Notes under the pieces: generated by a model
Told to the model about the DNA's origin: nothing
Seen by the model: the letters and a program-made list of their open reading frames with translations, nothing else
Database searches by the model: none
Assembly: GCA_964252035.1 (NCBI GenBank)
Contig: OZ176214.1
DNA: 64,000 bases
Origin: Podarcis erhardii
Lineage: Eukaryota
Strand: one strand, 5' to 3'
Translations under genes and position numbers: made by a program
Shown: positions 34,016 through 48,038 of the stretch, piece after piece
How the letters are laid out: each line of letters starts with the position of its first letter
How positions within the stretch are numbered: the first letter of the stretch is position 1

Positions 34016-34429
34016 CTGGAGAAATAAGTTGAAGAGAAGAAGGGTTATTTCTGTTCAGCAACCTCAGCATGCTTTACCATCCTGGCCTTGCAATAGCTTT
34101 CCCATTTTATGGATGAAGATTCATAAACCAAGCAAGATATCCTTCCTAACTTCAGGCAAGTTCATGTAAAATTCCACTATGGTGAACAAGAAATTGAGCC
34201 TGATGTAGAGTTATGCAAATGAATGGGTGGAGTTTATACAGACATTGGTCGTCATGATCCTCAATAACTTCCATTGAATTCTATGGGGCAAAATAATTGG
34301 GGTTCAATTTGAGATACCCTTGGGAGCAGGGATGGATTGATGTGCCCATTCAATATCTCCATTCCATTCTGCATTAATCTATGATTTTTTTAAAAATAAA
34401 AAATGCATATTTGAATGTATTTTCTCATA

Positions 34430-34784
34430 AAAGGCAAAGGTAAAGGGACCCCTGACCATTAGGGCCAGTTGCAGACAACTCTGGGGTTGTGGTGCTCATC
34501 TCGCTTTACTGGCCAAGGGAGCCGGTGTACAGCTTTTGGGTCATGTGGCCAGCATGACTAAGCCACTTCTGGCGAACCAGAGCAGCGCATGGAAACACCG
34601 TTTACCTTCCTGCTGGAGCGGTACCTATTTATCTACTTGCACTTTGATGTGCTTTCGAACTGCTTGGTTTGCAGGAACAGGGACCGAGCAACGGGAGCTC
34701 ATCCCATCGCGGGGATTCGAACCACTGACCTTCTGATCAGCAAGCCCTAGGCTCTGTGGTTTAACCCACAGCACCACCCGCATC
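34430..34784 (-). mobile_element. Sauria SINE (lacertid type)
   Basis: Full-length pattern aaaggtaaagggacccctgaccatt...ggggattcgaacc...ctgtggtttaacccacagc. Confidence 0.92.
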
Positions 34785-34972
34785 ATAGACACTTCTAAAT
34801 CCACAGTCCCCAAACACAAATTTTAACATGCATTTTGCTGCATTGTTGAGTCAAGGATTGAGCCGAGGCATGCAAAACCCAAATGATAACTGTGTCCCTC
34901 TCTACATATTAGCCAGGGCAGTACAAATCAGGTTACTTCACTTCAAAAGGCAAAACTGAATAACATCTTTTA

Positions 34973-35198
34973 CAGTGGTACCTTGGGTTACAGACACTTC
35001 AGGTTACAGACTCTTCTAACCCAGAAATATTACCTCGGGTTAAGAACTTTGCTTCAGGATGAGAACAGAAATCGTGCAGCGGAGGCACGGCAGCAGTGGG
35101 AGGCCCCATTAGCTAAAGTGGTGCTTCAGGTTAAGAACAGTTTCAGGTTAGGAACAGACCTCTGGAACAAATTAAGTACATAACCAGAGGTACCACTG
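34973..35198 (-). mobile_element. Tigger/pogo-like MITE, copy 3
   Basis: TIRs plus TA TSD (34971-34972, 35199-35200); 175 bp from exon 3. Confidence 0.88.
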
Positions 35199-35216
35199 TA
35201 GTTGGATCACTAGCTA

Positions 35217-35561
<345 letters not shown>

Positions 35562-35564
35562 TTA

Positions 35565-35740
35565 GGAACATAGGAAGCTGCTGTATACCAAGTCAGACCA
35601 TTGGTCCATCTAGCTCAGTATTGTCTACACTGATTGGCAGCAGCTCTCCAGGGTTTCAGGCAGACAGAAGACATCCCCAGTCCTACGTGGAGATGAACTT
35701 AGGATCTTCTGAAGGCAAAGCAGATGCTCTAGCCCTGTGC
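35565..35740 (-). mobile_element. tRNA-head / CR1-tail SINE (abundant squamate family; further copies near 13050, 17530, 19400-19620, 24800, 45520, 50200, 54410, 58030)
   Basis: aggaacataggaagctgc..tatac..agtcagaccattggtccatctagctcagtattg...ccagggtttcagg. Confidence 0.7.
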
Positions 35741-36584
35741 CCCTTGGGGATATCTTACTGTAGAGCTAAACTTCCACATGTTTATTGATTTATTTAGCAA
35801 TATTTAGATTCTCCTTAATCCACAAATACCTTCACATGGCTTCCAAAACACATAAGAAATTAGTGGTAAAATAAAACTTTAAAAGCAAGTATGCATAAAG
35901 ATGGTCAAAGTATACATAACACCAGCAGTTGCAAATTGGAAATTGCATTTGGAAATTGATCTTACTTTTGTAGGTTACCATTCTGTTATTGCATATTTTA
36001 TTATTCCATTCTATTTTAGATTCTAATTGAAAATGGACAGAATATTTTGTGGAAAACCAAATGCCATTTTTGAAGAAGAGGAAGAGGAACTTAAAAGATG
36101 CCAAACATTTGCTGTTCAAGGAAACAGGGAAGAGGACAAGCTTCCATTTCTGGTTGCATCTTCTAGCCTTTGTCCTTAGCTTTGCCTAATCTCCTGCTAA
36201 GTGATGAGCCACTGAACCTGATTGTGTCTCTCTGTGTGCTCTTTAACCTGCTTGCCTTCCTTTCTAAGACCCTGCTTCTCTCCAGGCAGACATACAGTTA
36301 GCCAAAGGGCCCTGAAGCCTTAAAACAATAACAACAACAAAACCACCAACTACCTCAAGGTTGTGCTAGAGGGTAAATGTACCCAGGAACCCACTCCCAT
36401 ATAGTGTCCTCCTTTATAGAGAACAAGCTGCCAGAGGGCAGGCCTCCATTTGAAGGCATTCTCTATTTCCAGGGCTGCCTGGCCCAAGTCTTGTTTAAAA
36501 CTAAAGAACACCAAGAAGGGAGAGCAGGAAGGCACTTGAAATTGTCCATCAACAATCAGCACTTGGATAGCAGACAGAGCATAG

Positions 36585-36905
36585 GAACATAGGAAGAGCC
36601 TGCTAGATCAGGCCAGATGCTCTTCTAGTCCAGCAGCCTGTTCTCACAGTAGCTGAACAGATGCCTTTTGGAAGCCTGCAAGCTGGACATGAGTCCAACG
36701 ACACTCTGTCTTCTTGTGATTCCCAACAACTGGTATTCAGTGGACGAAGGCCTCTCTCAGTGGAGGTAGAACATAACTTTCATGGCTATTGCCTTGTCCT
36801 CTATGAATTTGTCCAATCCTTATTTCAGAGTTGGTGGCCATCAATGCCTCCTGTAGGAGTGAGTTCCACAGATTAGCTATGTGCTGTGTGAAGTACTTTC
36901 TTTTG
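36585..36905 (-). mobile_element. CR1 3' fragment
   Basis: ataggaacataggaagagcctgctagatcaggcc...ctgttctcacagt...gagttccacagattagctatgtgctgtgtgaagtac. Confidence 0.7.
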
Positions 36906-38869
36906 CCAGGCACAGCAACCACCTGGTCACAGTGTCTTCCACTAGCATGACATATACTCCAGTTTAAATTTGCATTTATACATAGAAATCATTATAAGCA
37001 AATGCTATGCAAATCTGTTTTCTCTTATTTTGGCAACACTCTGCTCGTGGTTCCAGATTGAACCCCACTATTGTTCTGAAGTATCTCCACAAGAGATGAC
37101 ATACATCACAGCAGTGGTTCTCAAACATTTTATTTTTTTAATGTCACTCCAATGGAAATTGCTGAGGGTCTTGGTGAACCAATGAATAAAGTTTTTGTTT
37201 GTTTGTTCTACAAAACAAACCACACATACAACTCATATTTTAGTGGCTGTGGTCTCTTTCTAATGGAATGGCCTCTTGTCGGCAGAGGCCTGTGACGCAG
37301 GGTGGAATTTAACTCAAAACCTCAACTCAGGTTCAGCATTCATTCTGCTTCTGTATTTAGGATTGAGGGTGGCAAAGGATGAAGAGCCCTTGCTGTACTT
37401 TGGCTTGAGCAAAGCGGTCTCAATCTCCATTGTCAGAAATAAATAAAATCAAATGCAGGGCCAAGTAGGTATATTCACAGGTCTTGCTATCTGAGCACAA
37501 TGCATTCTCAGGAAATTGTTTGTTAGATGAACGTTCGCATAATGAATTGATAATTTCTATTGAACCCTACTGGGAAAATTCCAATGCATTCTGGACCATA
37601 GAATTTTGACCTCAAAATGATTGGGGGGGGGGAACAACCCACGAAGACCCTTTGAAACTTTGCAAAAGGCAAACAAGAAAGGGGAAAAATTCTCTTATTT
37701 GTCAAATCTCCCTCCCTCCCTCCCTCTCCTCCCGCTCCCACCCACATGGTTTCTAGCAGCAAAACATAAAAAAGTAATGCTTGTTTAAGGTTGCTTATTT
37801 GTTTACAGTACTACATGCAGGTCCGACTGTTTGGATATCTGAATCTGTGCTGTGTATAGCAAGTTTTGGGTACTAATTCCTCGTGTTTGGATAAGTGAAT
37901 TTTCATTCGAGTGTTTGGATAGCAGGACCTGCATGCATTCTTAACAATTTTGCAAGTTTCCTGAAAGCACTTGAAGGAGCCTGCAAAGTAGTATTAGTCA
38001 ACAGACCTCAGATTGATAACTTCCGCACCATAGAAGAGTTGTTGAGAGATGGTCATTTAAACCTGGCCAATATGATCTGCTTTCCTTCCTTCTGCCTAAA
38101 AACAGAGTGCAGGCTGTGTGGGGCACTGTGGTGGTTTGTGTGAAAAGATCTGCTTCCATTTCAGTCGGCTGTGGGATGAATGAGGCTTTCATGTCTGAGA
38201 AGCAGTGAACTGGGGATGCCACCGACAACCCCTTGGTGATGCTCCTGCTTTAGACAAAGCTATTTGCACAGCTCGTTCTTGTGAATAAGCTCAGCCGAGC
38301 AGAGAGAATGCCTCCCTTGGATCACGTTCATCTCGTCCTTCCCTTTTGTATCCCTCTACTTGCCAGGGAAGTTTGGTTAGAGTTGGGAAATATGCTTGTT
38401 CTATGGTCAACTACTATCACATAATGTTGAGCAATACAAGAAATAAGCCAGAGAAAAGTGGCACCTACAGGTACAGCAAAGAATTCCATGGTTTCCAAGT
38501 AGCTTCAAATGAGATTTCCATAGCTAGCCCTACCATGAGGCAGAGTGAGGTAATTGCCCCAGGTGGCCAATTCTATGGAGCTGAGAGTGGACAGAACTAT
38601 GGGAAGAATTCAACATTGTGCTCTTCCAATTGCTCTGTCAGTGCAAGCGTTTCAGCTTGCCCAACAGAATGATCTCCCTCAGCTCCTGCCATGCACTATT
38701 CTGGGGGTTTCCAGACTCCCCAGATTTTTGGGCGGGTGGTGAGGAGAGAGGAAAGGGGGGGAAGTCCCACTGCACTAGTGGAATTCATTTTGCTGGTTCC
38801 TTCTGGCACATGTACATCTAGCCCTATGTATTCTACATGTCTGTCCTATGGCCCCTAAGGTGGAAAATG

Positions 38870-39200
38870 TTGAGGGAAAAGGCTATCTAAACAATCAAAG
38901 GGGGCGGAGCAACTCTCTTGTGAGGAAAGATTACAACATCTGGGGCTTTTTAGTTTAGAGAAAAGGTGAGTAAGAGGGGACACGACAGAGGTGCATAAAC
39001 TTATTCTTGATATGCAAAAAGTGCATATCCTGTCTCATAATACTAGAACTCAGGGTAATCCAATGAAACTGAATGTTGGAAAATTCAGGACATTTATTTG
39101 CACAATGTATAGCTCAAGTGTGGAATTTTCTCCCACAAGAGGTGGTGATGACTACCAACTTGGATGACTTTTAAAGAGGATGAGACAGATTCATGGAATG
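38870..39200 (+). mobile_element. CR1 ORF2 3' fragment
   Basis: gaggaaagattacaacatctggggctttttagtttagagaaaagg..taagaggggacac...cataatactagaactcagggt..ccaatgaaactgaatgttgg. Confidence 0.75.
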
Positions 39201-41482
39201 CTATTGCACTCAGGGCTTGTTTGCAGGCTTCCCACAGGGGTATCTGGTTGACCACAGTGAGAACAAGATGCTGGAGTAGATGGCCCATGGTCTGATTCTG
39301 AGGGCTCTTCCTATGTTCTTAAGCTAACCTGCTTTGCTCAGGTGCAGTGGAGGCAATGTCAAAGCAAGATTCAACTGTCACTCAAGTCTGGGGTGGGGTT
39401 GTACATTGAATGGGGGCAGCAAAATGTCTTGAACAATTTCCAGTGATCACCAAGTATGTCACCTGCCATTCATGACTTTTGGCAAGCAATGTCATGTCCC
39501 ATAGATTGCTAAGATCAGTGAAAACTATTCTCAGATATATACGGTATTTTTGTTTCCAAAGACCTCATTAATATGTTTTACTAACTGCCTGGGCAATTTG
39601 TGTCCTTAAATGGTATTGCATCTTTTATTCGATTTAACTTAGATAAATATGACCTGAAAACTTCAGCACATGACTTCAAACTCATGGGATGGAACCCAGG
39701 TGACCTCGGTGATGTGTATAGCAGTGCTTAAAATGGAATGAAGCAAACTCTGCATTTGTTATATCTGAGGTAAAACAGACCCTCCAGCTATTACATTAGA
39801 TTCTTGACAAGGCAATGAAAAATATACTCTTGGGGAAAACAAAGAGTTCATTCAAGATAAAATAAAATTTATCGGCTAGCTAAATAAGGGAAAAACAGTT
39901 AAACATGCTTAGCATAAAGGCAAATGTAACAATAGAAACATGCAGAGTAAGGCAATCTTGTGGGGAAACCAGTCCCAAATTATTAAATGTGAATCAATCC
40001 CCCCCATCCCCACTAAGTCCCTCTGAACTCAGTGAGACTTACTTCTGAGTAGACATGGATAGATTTATGCTGTAAATGTTATATTCAAACAAATTCAAAG
40101 TTCAGTTTCTGTATTAGTTTTATTGAAGTGCTTATAAATATGTTAAGATTATGAACATGATAACTTGACCTTTGCTGGAAGAGTTGTGCACATAAGTATA
40201 TGTATTTCCTAGGGATGGTCACCTGACATTATTTAATTGCAGCTTTCATTTTGGATTGGGCTGGCATTGCATGCATTTCCAGATGCTCAAGTTGGCTTGC
40301 ATCATATTCATTCATTATGTTAGTAATTAATTTTATGATTGATGCATTTCTACAAATGGAAAAAAAATCCATGGAAAAATAAAGTAGTGGAAAAAGTTGC
40401 AGAACATGTTTTCCCTTTCCTTTCCCCAACATTTCCCTCTGAGAACACTCTACCCCACATAACTGGTGCTGGATGGGGATCAACAATGATGGTGGTAGTC
40501 ACTGCTTTTTTCCTGGGAGCTTCAAACCAAAACTTGTGCTCTATTGGCCAACTATTAAGACTTTTTTTCTTCAATGTTCCTGAATTCATTGTCTACAGAA
40601 GGGAACATTCTGTGGGTGGGCATTCTTGCTGCCAATCAGCAGTGAATGAATCCATCAATACCAGTTGTTGGTGGGCACAAGTAGTTGTTACACTCAGGTC
40701 TTGCTTACGGGCTTTACTTTAGGGCATCTGGTTGAGCACTGTGGGAAGAGAATACTGAGCTAGATGGTCCTTGGGTCTGATCCAGCAGCCAGCCTCTCCT
40801 TATGTTCATCTACAGCTCCACCTGCCTCTCCATCTGGAAGCCTAATATCTAAGCTGTGTCATCATCTGCCAGGGGATAGACAAGACCACCCCTATCCATG
40901 GATCCCTAAGATCAGCCTTCCCCAACCTGGTGCCCTTTAGATGTTTTAGACTACAGTTTCCTTCATCTCCAGCCAATACAGCTATGCTGTTGAGAAGAGT
41001 AATACAAATAAGCTGGAGGGCACCAGGTTGGGGGAGGATGTCTTATATTCTATATTTATGACAGATTTTAATTGTTGCAAGTTGCTTTGGAGATCCTGTC
41101 TTGATTGAAAAGTGGGGTGTAAATAAACCAGTAAAACCAACCTTCATATCAGCTTTAGAAAACAAAACATTTTTGGTGTTGGAAAACCGTTAAAACGATA
41201 TACACTGAAATTCAACCAGGGGGATACGAGGAAGTCACTTAACAATGTTACTAAGTTTGGTTTAAATATAGAGAGATTTATGTTTGTTTGTTCATTTGTC
41301 TGTTTGTAAAACTTTTGGAAAAACCAATATTTTTTGGAAAAAAAAGAAAAACAAAACATTTCTAATTCTGGAGTATATCAGAACAAAATAAAAATTGTTT
41401 CCATGTGCAATACTGTCTTTGCAAAACAATAATGACAACTGTGATCCCTTGAGAGAACAAGAGAACATCGCCATCTTATCAT

Positions 41483-41849
41483 AGGTAAAGGTAAAGGGAC
41501 CCCTGACCATGAGGTCCAGTCGTGGCCGACTCTGGGGTTGCGGCGCTCATCTTGCACGCTCATCTCGCTTTATTGCTAAGGGAGCCGGCGTACAGCTTAC
41601 AGGTCATGTGGCAAGCATGACTAAGCCGCTTCTGGCAGACCAGAGCAGCGCACGGAAAAGCTGTTTACCTCCCCACCGGAGCGATATCTATTTATCTACT
41701 TGCACTTTGATGTGCTTTCAAACTGCTAGGTTGGCAGGAGCAAGGACCGAGCAATGGGAGCTCACCCCGTCGCAGGGATTCGAACCACCAACCTTCTGAT
41801 CGGCAAGTACTAGGCTCTGGGGTTTAACCCACAGTGCCGCCCGCGTCCC
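41483..41849 (-). mobile_element. Sauria SINE, full length
   Basis: ggtaaaggtaaagggacccc...ccgcccgcgtccc; small internal duplication gctcatct. Confidence 0.92.
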
Positions 41850-42738
41850 TTGCTCTCATAACTACTGTTTATTCAATTTATTACTACAATTATATCCCAC
41901 CTTTTCCCTTAGGAGCTCAAGGTGGAGTACATGGTTCTCTCCCTTCCCATTTTAGCCTGTGAGGTAGAACAGGCTGAGAGGCAATGTGTCTTACTTGTTG
42001 TAAACTGCTACACACAGTGCTTTTTTCTGGGGGGACACAGGGGTACGCATACTCCTAAACGTTTTGTGAATCTTTGTACTTTTGTCCATTTACTGTATTT
42101 ATTTTTCCCAATTTGATCTATGATCATTTTCATTAAAATGTGGACCAAATCTAATTTCTCTCCCCTGCATTCCTGCCAGGGCTGGCCCAAGACACTTTGG
42201 CACCTGAGGTGAACTACAAAATGGTGCCCCCCCAGCCAGGTAAGAAGGTGCAAGTGAAAGAATAAAGATCTACATAAGGATAGGCCACACCTGTGGATCC
42301 TGCCACCTGAGCCAGTTGCCTCACCTTGCCTCATGGGTGGACTGGCCTGCATCTCTGCATCCCATCTGTCTGCCACTGCTGTCAGATAGGCCTTCCAGGT
42401 TCAACCTACAGAGGAGGTTGACCTGGAGGCTGACCCGACTAAAGAGCACTTTCCCCAGGGCTTTCTTGGAGCCACCCATACCATAGACTCTGCCCTTTGC
42501 AGGTTTAAGGGCCATGTGTGTGCAGAACCAATTGATGTACACCACATGCACATTTTTCCAGGGTATGGATTGTATATGCAGGAGCTTACATGTATTCAGG
42601 TGTAAGTACAGTACAGTGGCTCTTGATCACCTGGAGGATCATCTTCCTCCCCATTCTACACAGATGAATGCATGGTCAAGGCTAATGACACAAAGGACAG
42701 CAGGATTCTAGCTGGCCTTCAACCAGAGTTTTACTCAC

Positions 42739-42835
42739 ATTTTCCTTGTTCCGTTTTACTTCCCTCAATGAAAAGAAGGCAGAGCACACAGGCCAAAAGG
42801 AATCTATTGTTTTCCAGTGTCCACTTTTTCCTCAT
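42739..42835 (-). CDS. CHRDL1: CHRDL1 first coding exon (exon 2; signal peptide MRKKWTLENNRFLLACVLCLLFIEGSKTEQGK)
   Basis: ATG at 42833-42835 (minus); acceptor ttttctttaCAG at 42841-42842; donor T|GTGAGT at 42737-42738; 97 coding nt. Matches the recalled vertebrate CHRDL1 N-terminus MRKKW...EG.KTEQ.K with a hydrophobic core. Confidence 0.95.
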
Positions 42836-43534
42836 CTTTGCTGTAAAGAAAAGGAAGGTGGGGAGGGGAAACAAAAACACATTTGCTGTCAAAGAAAGCT
42901 GGAGCTGTAGAAGAAGACCCAAAGGCTATTTACAATGAAGTCCTCAAAGATGATTAGACTCAGACTAGAAATCAGCTGAACTGCTGGAGCAGGAGGGAAC
43001 TCTGTAGAGGTCTTTTGCTAGTGCAGCATTTTTCAAGCTTCCTACCCTCTGGGAACTCCTGACACATTGATTTGTCCACTGCAGAATCTCTTTGGGATTG
43101 CAAAAGATTCTGGGATTCTAGGACACACTTTCATCTGATGCAAGGCATGGGTATAGCTTGGTGCAGATACAATGCTAAATGATGGTTTAGTGCACAGTGG
43201 GGCCACCTATGGCCCAACCTCAGCCTCATCTTAGCCTGCTCAAGTGATCAGTTCAGACCTCTAGCGAGAGTAAACTTTCACTTCCCCAACTGCCTGCTAG
43301 GTGAGGATGGAATGGAGATTGTATGTGTGTGTGAGAGCGCTAGGTTAGCTCCGGCCTTTCCCACAGTCAGAATGTGCCGTTGTTCACATCTAGTTTACCA
43401 TCATGTGAATGAGGCTGTGCAAAGCTTGTGCTTGTCTGCCCCCCTCTCTTCACTTCTTATTTTGCACACTGCAAGGAGAAGACAGGAAACTTTAGATTTT
43501 CATTTTCAGTTAACTGCAGTTTAGCTATGGTTTA

Positions 43535-43862
43535 CTGTGGGTTAAACCACAGAGCCTAGGACTTGCTGATCAGAAGGTCGGCGGTTTGAATCCTCGCGAC
43601 GGGGTGAGCTCCCGTTGCTTGGTCCCTGCTCCTGCCAACCTAGCAGTTCGAAAGCACATCAAAGTGCAAGTAGATAAATAGGTACTGCTCTGGTGGGAAG
43701 GTAAACGGCGTTTCTGTGCGCTGCTCTGGTTTGCCAGAAGCAGCTTAATCATGCTGGCCACATGACCCAGAAGTTGTACGCAGGCTCCCTTGGCCAATAA
43801 AGCGAGATGTGCGCTACAACCCCAGAGTTGGCCATGACTAGACCTAATGCTCAGGGGTCCCC
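43535..43862 (+). mobile_element. Sauria SINE, slightly 5'-truncated
   Basis: ctgtgggttaaaccacagagcctagg...gaatcctcgcgacggggtgagctccc...tcaggggtccc. Confidence 0.9.
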
Positions 43863-45159
43863 CCTACTGAAACAAGCCAACTTCATAAACCAAAAGTTGA
43901 AGTTGGCTTGTTTTAGTAAACCATAGTTTAGACTAATCACAGTTTGTTGAGGTTCATGTGAAAAGACAAAACTCTGGTTAGTTAAAAACAGAAGCAAAAA
44001 CATCTGTCTCTTCCTCACAGTCACTTCAGAAGAGGGTCAGGGAGTACTTGAACCTAAAGATCTTGCAGGCTCATTCTCATTACATAATAAACCATAATTT
44101 ATCATTCTATCTGAGGGAGGACAATGACCATGCTCTGCAAGGCACCCAATGCTCTGCTGAGGTCAAATTTGCAGGGGAAGATCAGTCATAATAGACATTG
44201 ATCAAGCTTTGGTACCACCAGAACTGGAATCATGCTTTGAGCAGATCAAAATTGAACTCAGCATCTTTGCTTGTTAGTGTCTGTTAGTGGTGATGAAACA
44301 ACAGAAACTGTCTGATACCATTTCGTACAGATTAATGAAAACTGCTTCTGAGAATTAAAATAAATTATAATTGAGAGCTACATTCAGTGCATGCCATGTT
44401 TTGGAATTTCTGATGCAACCTTTAATCCCATTCATCCTCTTTAAAAGTTGCTTAATGAGAGGAATGCTACGAAAACCAGAATTTCCAGAAGACAATGCTC
44501 TGCATGTGCATAACTATTTGTTAATTTCCTTTTTTTAAATCTGAAGTTTCCACTCTTATAAATATGCATGATTAATTTTAATAAGAATCACGTGGGGGTT
44601 TTTTTTAAAGTGTTTTCGGCAATAGCTTCTTTAATTCCTGTATTACTTTGTAGGCATCCGCTTTTGCAACTGTTTCCACCCCTCTTCATCATAATCAGAC
44701 CAGCACCCCCCCCCCCTTTTCACAACAGCTAAAACCTGGGGAGGAACATCTGCCTTCAAGGAAATGGATTAGCCTGTTAGTGCACAATATTACCCAATAC
44801 AGTGTGTGACAGCTTTTACTAGTCCAGTGTCCTCCAGATGTATAAGACTACAACTCTCATCAGCCGCAGCAAGGCTGGCTGGGAGTAGTGGGAGTTGTAG
44901 TTCAAAATATTTGAAGGGCACCAGATTGAGAAAGACTGGAGCATGGCAAAACCAAGCGAGTCATGTCTCTGAGTAGGCCAACCTCATCTTCACCACTGTC
45001 CCTGCTCCACATCCACATGTTTTCTCTATCCATACCCAACCCACACAATCACCCAGAGGAGAGTGCAAGGCAGGCAGAGAGAGCAGATCTATCTCTTCAA
45101 CCTTGTCACTGCTTGCATACTCAGAAAGTGGAGGTGAGTAGGCATGGGCAGATTTTTGC

Positions 45160-45355
45160 ATTGCATTTATATCCCACCTCTTCTCCAAGAAGTTCAAGGT
45201 GGTGTACATGGTTCTCCTCCTCCCCATTTTATCCCACACAACAACCCTGTGAGGTAGGTTTGGCTGGGAGGCAATGTCTGGCCCGAGCTCACCTAGTGAG
45301 CTTCATTGATGTGGTGGGATTTGAACCCTGGTCTCCCAAAATGCTGCACTACTAC
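45160..45355 (-). mobile_element. MIR-like / L2-partner SINE (similar copies at about 41885-41990 and 51840-52068)
   Basis: ttatatcccacct...gaagttcaaggtgg...cccacacaacaaccctgtgaggtagg...cacctagtgagcttca...gatttgaaccctggtctccc. Confidence 0.65.
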
Positions 45356-46509
45356 TGGCTCCCAGGAGGAGGAGGAGGAGCAGCAGCAGAAGGAGGAGGG
45401 ACAGGAACACTGAGGTCACCAGTGGCAGAACTTGGCATCTCAAATTTCAGCGACACCCTGTGCGATTCCAGAATCCAGCATCTCCCCACCTCTAAAATGA
45501 CCTTCCAACATAGGAAACTCCCTAATACCTGCTCAGATCATTGGCCCACCTAGCTCAGTGTTATCTATGCATTCTGGCAGCAACTCTCCAGGGTTTTGGA
45601 TGGGGCTGTTTCTGAACCTTACCTAGAGCTGCAAAGGTGTGAGACTCATAGAGGCTGTTTTTTCTGTGATAACCATGTGCTCAGCCAATGAGCTCTACAG
45701 GCTCTTGCTCATCCCAGTGGGGCTTTAGATTTGTGTTTCTCAAATCCCTTATCAGCAACACTGGTCAGAATTTTGCAATGTTTTGAAGTAGTTCTGGGTT
45801 AGTCACTCCCTCCACCTAACCTGCTTTACAAGGTTGTTGTGAGAACAAGTGAGAAAAGAATGGCAAAGCATTTCACATGTTGTGAAGAAAGCACTGCAAA
45901 AGAAATTTCTAAATACTACTTCTATCATGGCTTAGCTGAATTTCCACCATGCCTTTGGAGATCTGCTCATAAGGTCTGTGTCCAATCTTAGGATGGAAAC
46001 CACAAATCTTTAGCCCTCCAACTCTGTCTTCTTTCAGCAAGAATCCCTTATTCGATCTAAGCTAAAAAGCAACAGCCAATTACCGGTACCTGCAACTTTG
46101 GTGACAAGGCAGATCCTTTCATTTAGCTGTCCCTTTATTCTGTGTTTTGTGCCAAGATAGCATTCCAACACCATGTTACCAAGATCATATATCATCATTT
46201 AAAAATTGTTGGTATACCAGGGGTGGTATGGGGAAACCCCCGCCCCTGCTCCAAAAAAGAGATACCAACTAAATAGTACAAAGAATTTGCAGAAGTGTAC
46301 CCAATCAGCTCAATTTGAGCTGGGGGTTCCTGTCACTCAAAGGTTTACATTTGTACCAGAATCCACCCTAAAGCTGTTTCCAGTGAACCTGGTAGATTTT
46401 ACAAAATGCTTTCCCCCATCACTGAGCTTCTGAAACCAGTGCCTAAGCTTTCCCAGCAAAAGGCATGGCTTAATGAAATGCAGAACTCAGCCACAGGGGC
46501 AGTTTAATT

Positions 46510-46705
46510 CAGTGCCAATGGTTATCTCAGTGTTAGAGCATCTGCTTTAAGTGCAGAAGATCTCAAGTTCAATCCCAGGCATCTCTAGGTCGGTCTGGGA
46601 TGCTCCCTGCCTGGAACCCTGGACAACCTCTGCCACTCAGTGGAGGCAATACTGAGCTAGGCAGAAAAATGGTCTAACTTGGTATACACCAGCTTCCTTT
46701 GTTAT
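46510..46705 (+). mobile_element. tRNA-head / CR1-tail SINE
   Basis: A/B-box-like head (tctcagtgttagagcatctgct...agttcaatcccaggcatctct) plus caatactgagctag...tggtctaacttggtata tail. Confidence 0.7.
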
Positions 46706-47164
46706 CTCTGGAGCATGTGCCTCAGATCATGTGCAGAGTGTTTTTCCTCATCACTGGCTCACTGTAGGTGGCTTCTTTGTATCTGGGATTGGGCCTACTG
46801 GTTTCTTAAGCAGAAAGGATGCTTGGGGGATTGATAGTACCTTTCTGCTCAGTGGGGCAGGTGGGAGGCAGGTAAAAAGGGGCCAGGAGGACAAACTGCA
46901 AGGTAAAGAACCATTCAAACACATGCAGCAGCCAATCCATCTTTACCCAGATGTAAGCACCGCTATTTTCAATACGACTTCCCACCAAGTGAGTGTGCAT
47001 AGGACTGCAGCCCTAAAGTGCTCCAAGTGTATATTGAAGGGAGGGAATGAAAGAAAGGGTTGCTGCTACTATTGTTACATCAATGTGTTCAGTCAATTTT
47101 TTAAATGAAAAATTCAGGATGGGAGACCTAGTTATTGTGCTACAGGAAGCAAGCAAGTACACAC

Positions 47165-47167
47165 GAG

Positions 47168-47215
<48 letters not shown>

Positions 47216-47286
47216 TCTCACTGCATCTTAAAGACCCACAGTTTCATTTTGGCTTTTTGCCACAGTTGTCCCAAGGGTAACACACG

Positions 47287-47341
<55 letters not shown>
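47165..47341. repeat. (GA)n at 47165-47212 and (TC)n at 47291-47341, mutually complementary
   Basis: Directly visible; 78-nt spacer. Confidence 0.95.
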
Positions 47342-47344
<3 letters not shown>

Positions 47345-47879
47345 CTTTTGCAAGATATTTCAAGCAATATACAAAGGATCCCCCCCCCAAGATATCAGTT
47401 CCAACTGCAGCTAGGCAAACAATATCCATCTCAAAGGAAGTAATGCTAACCTCTCAGAGCCTATTTACATTGGAGAGACATCATGCCCCCACAACATGAC
47501 ATAAGAGTTCAGCTGGATCGGACCAAATGGGGCCCAGCTAGTTCAGCATCCTTTCCTCACAGTGGTGACCAACCAGATGTCTTTGGGAAGCCCACAAACA
47601 ACAGGTATTCAGAAGCATAGCCCCGCTAGGCTGCTGGAGGCAGGCAGAGTCTTGTGCCAGCTTAAAGTGCGTGCCTAAAGCTACTCACGAATTCAGTGGT
47701 ACAGGCTTACTCCCAGGTAAGTCTATGAAGCCTATGAAGCCTTACCTGGAAGGGAAGTCCCAGTGAACTCAATGCGGCTTGCTTTCATTGTCGACATGTG
47801 CAAGGCTAGGGGTGTGCTGTAAAACTGCGGTCCTAAGCACATTCCCCTTGGAGCATGTCCCATGGAACGCATTAGCACT

Positions 47880-48038
47880 CAGTGGCGTAGCGTGGGTTGT
47901 CAGCACCCGGGGCAAGGCAAATAATTTGCGCCCCCTAACCCGTGGATTTGCGCCCCCTAACGCTACCCCTACCCCTAAACCCCAGATGTTGCGCCCGGTG
48001 CGCCCGGCCCCCCCTGCACCCCCCACGCTACGCCACTG
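47880..48038 (+). mobile_element. hAT MITE, 159 bp, perfect 17-bp TIRs, TSD TTAGCACT (same family as 13237-13394)
   Basis: TSD at 47872-47879 and 48039-48046; TIR CAGTGGCGTAGCGTGGG. Confidence 0.93.

Noticed and set aside
44963-45553. 196-aa ORF
   Set aside because: Reads through a MIR-like SINE, a GGA repeat and a second SINE; chance open frame.
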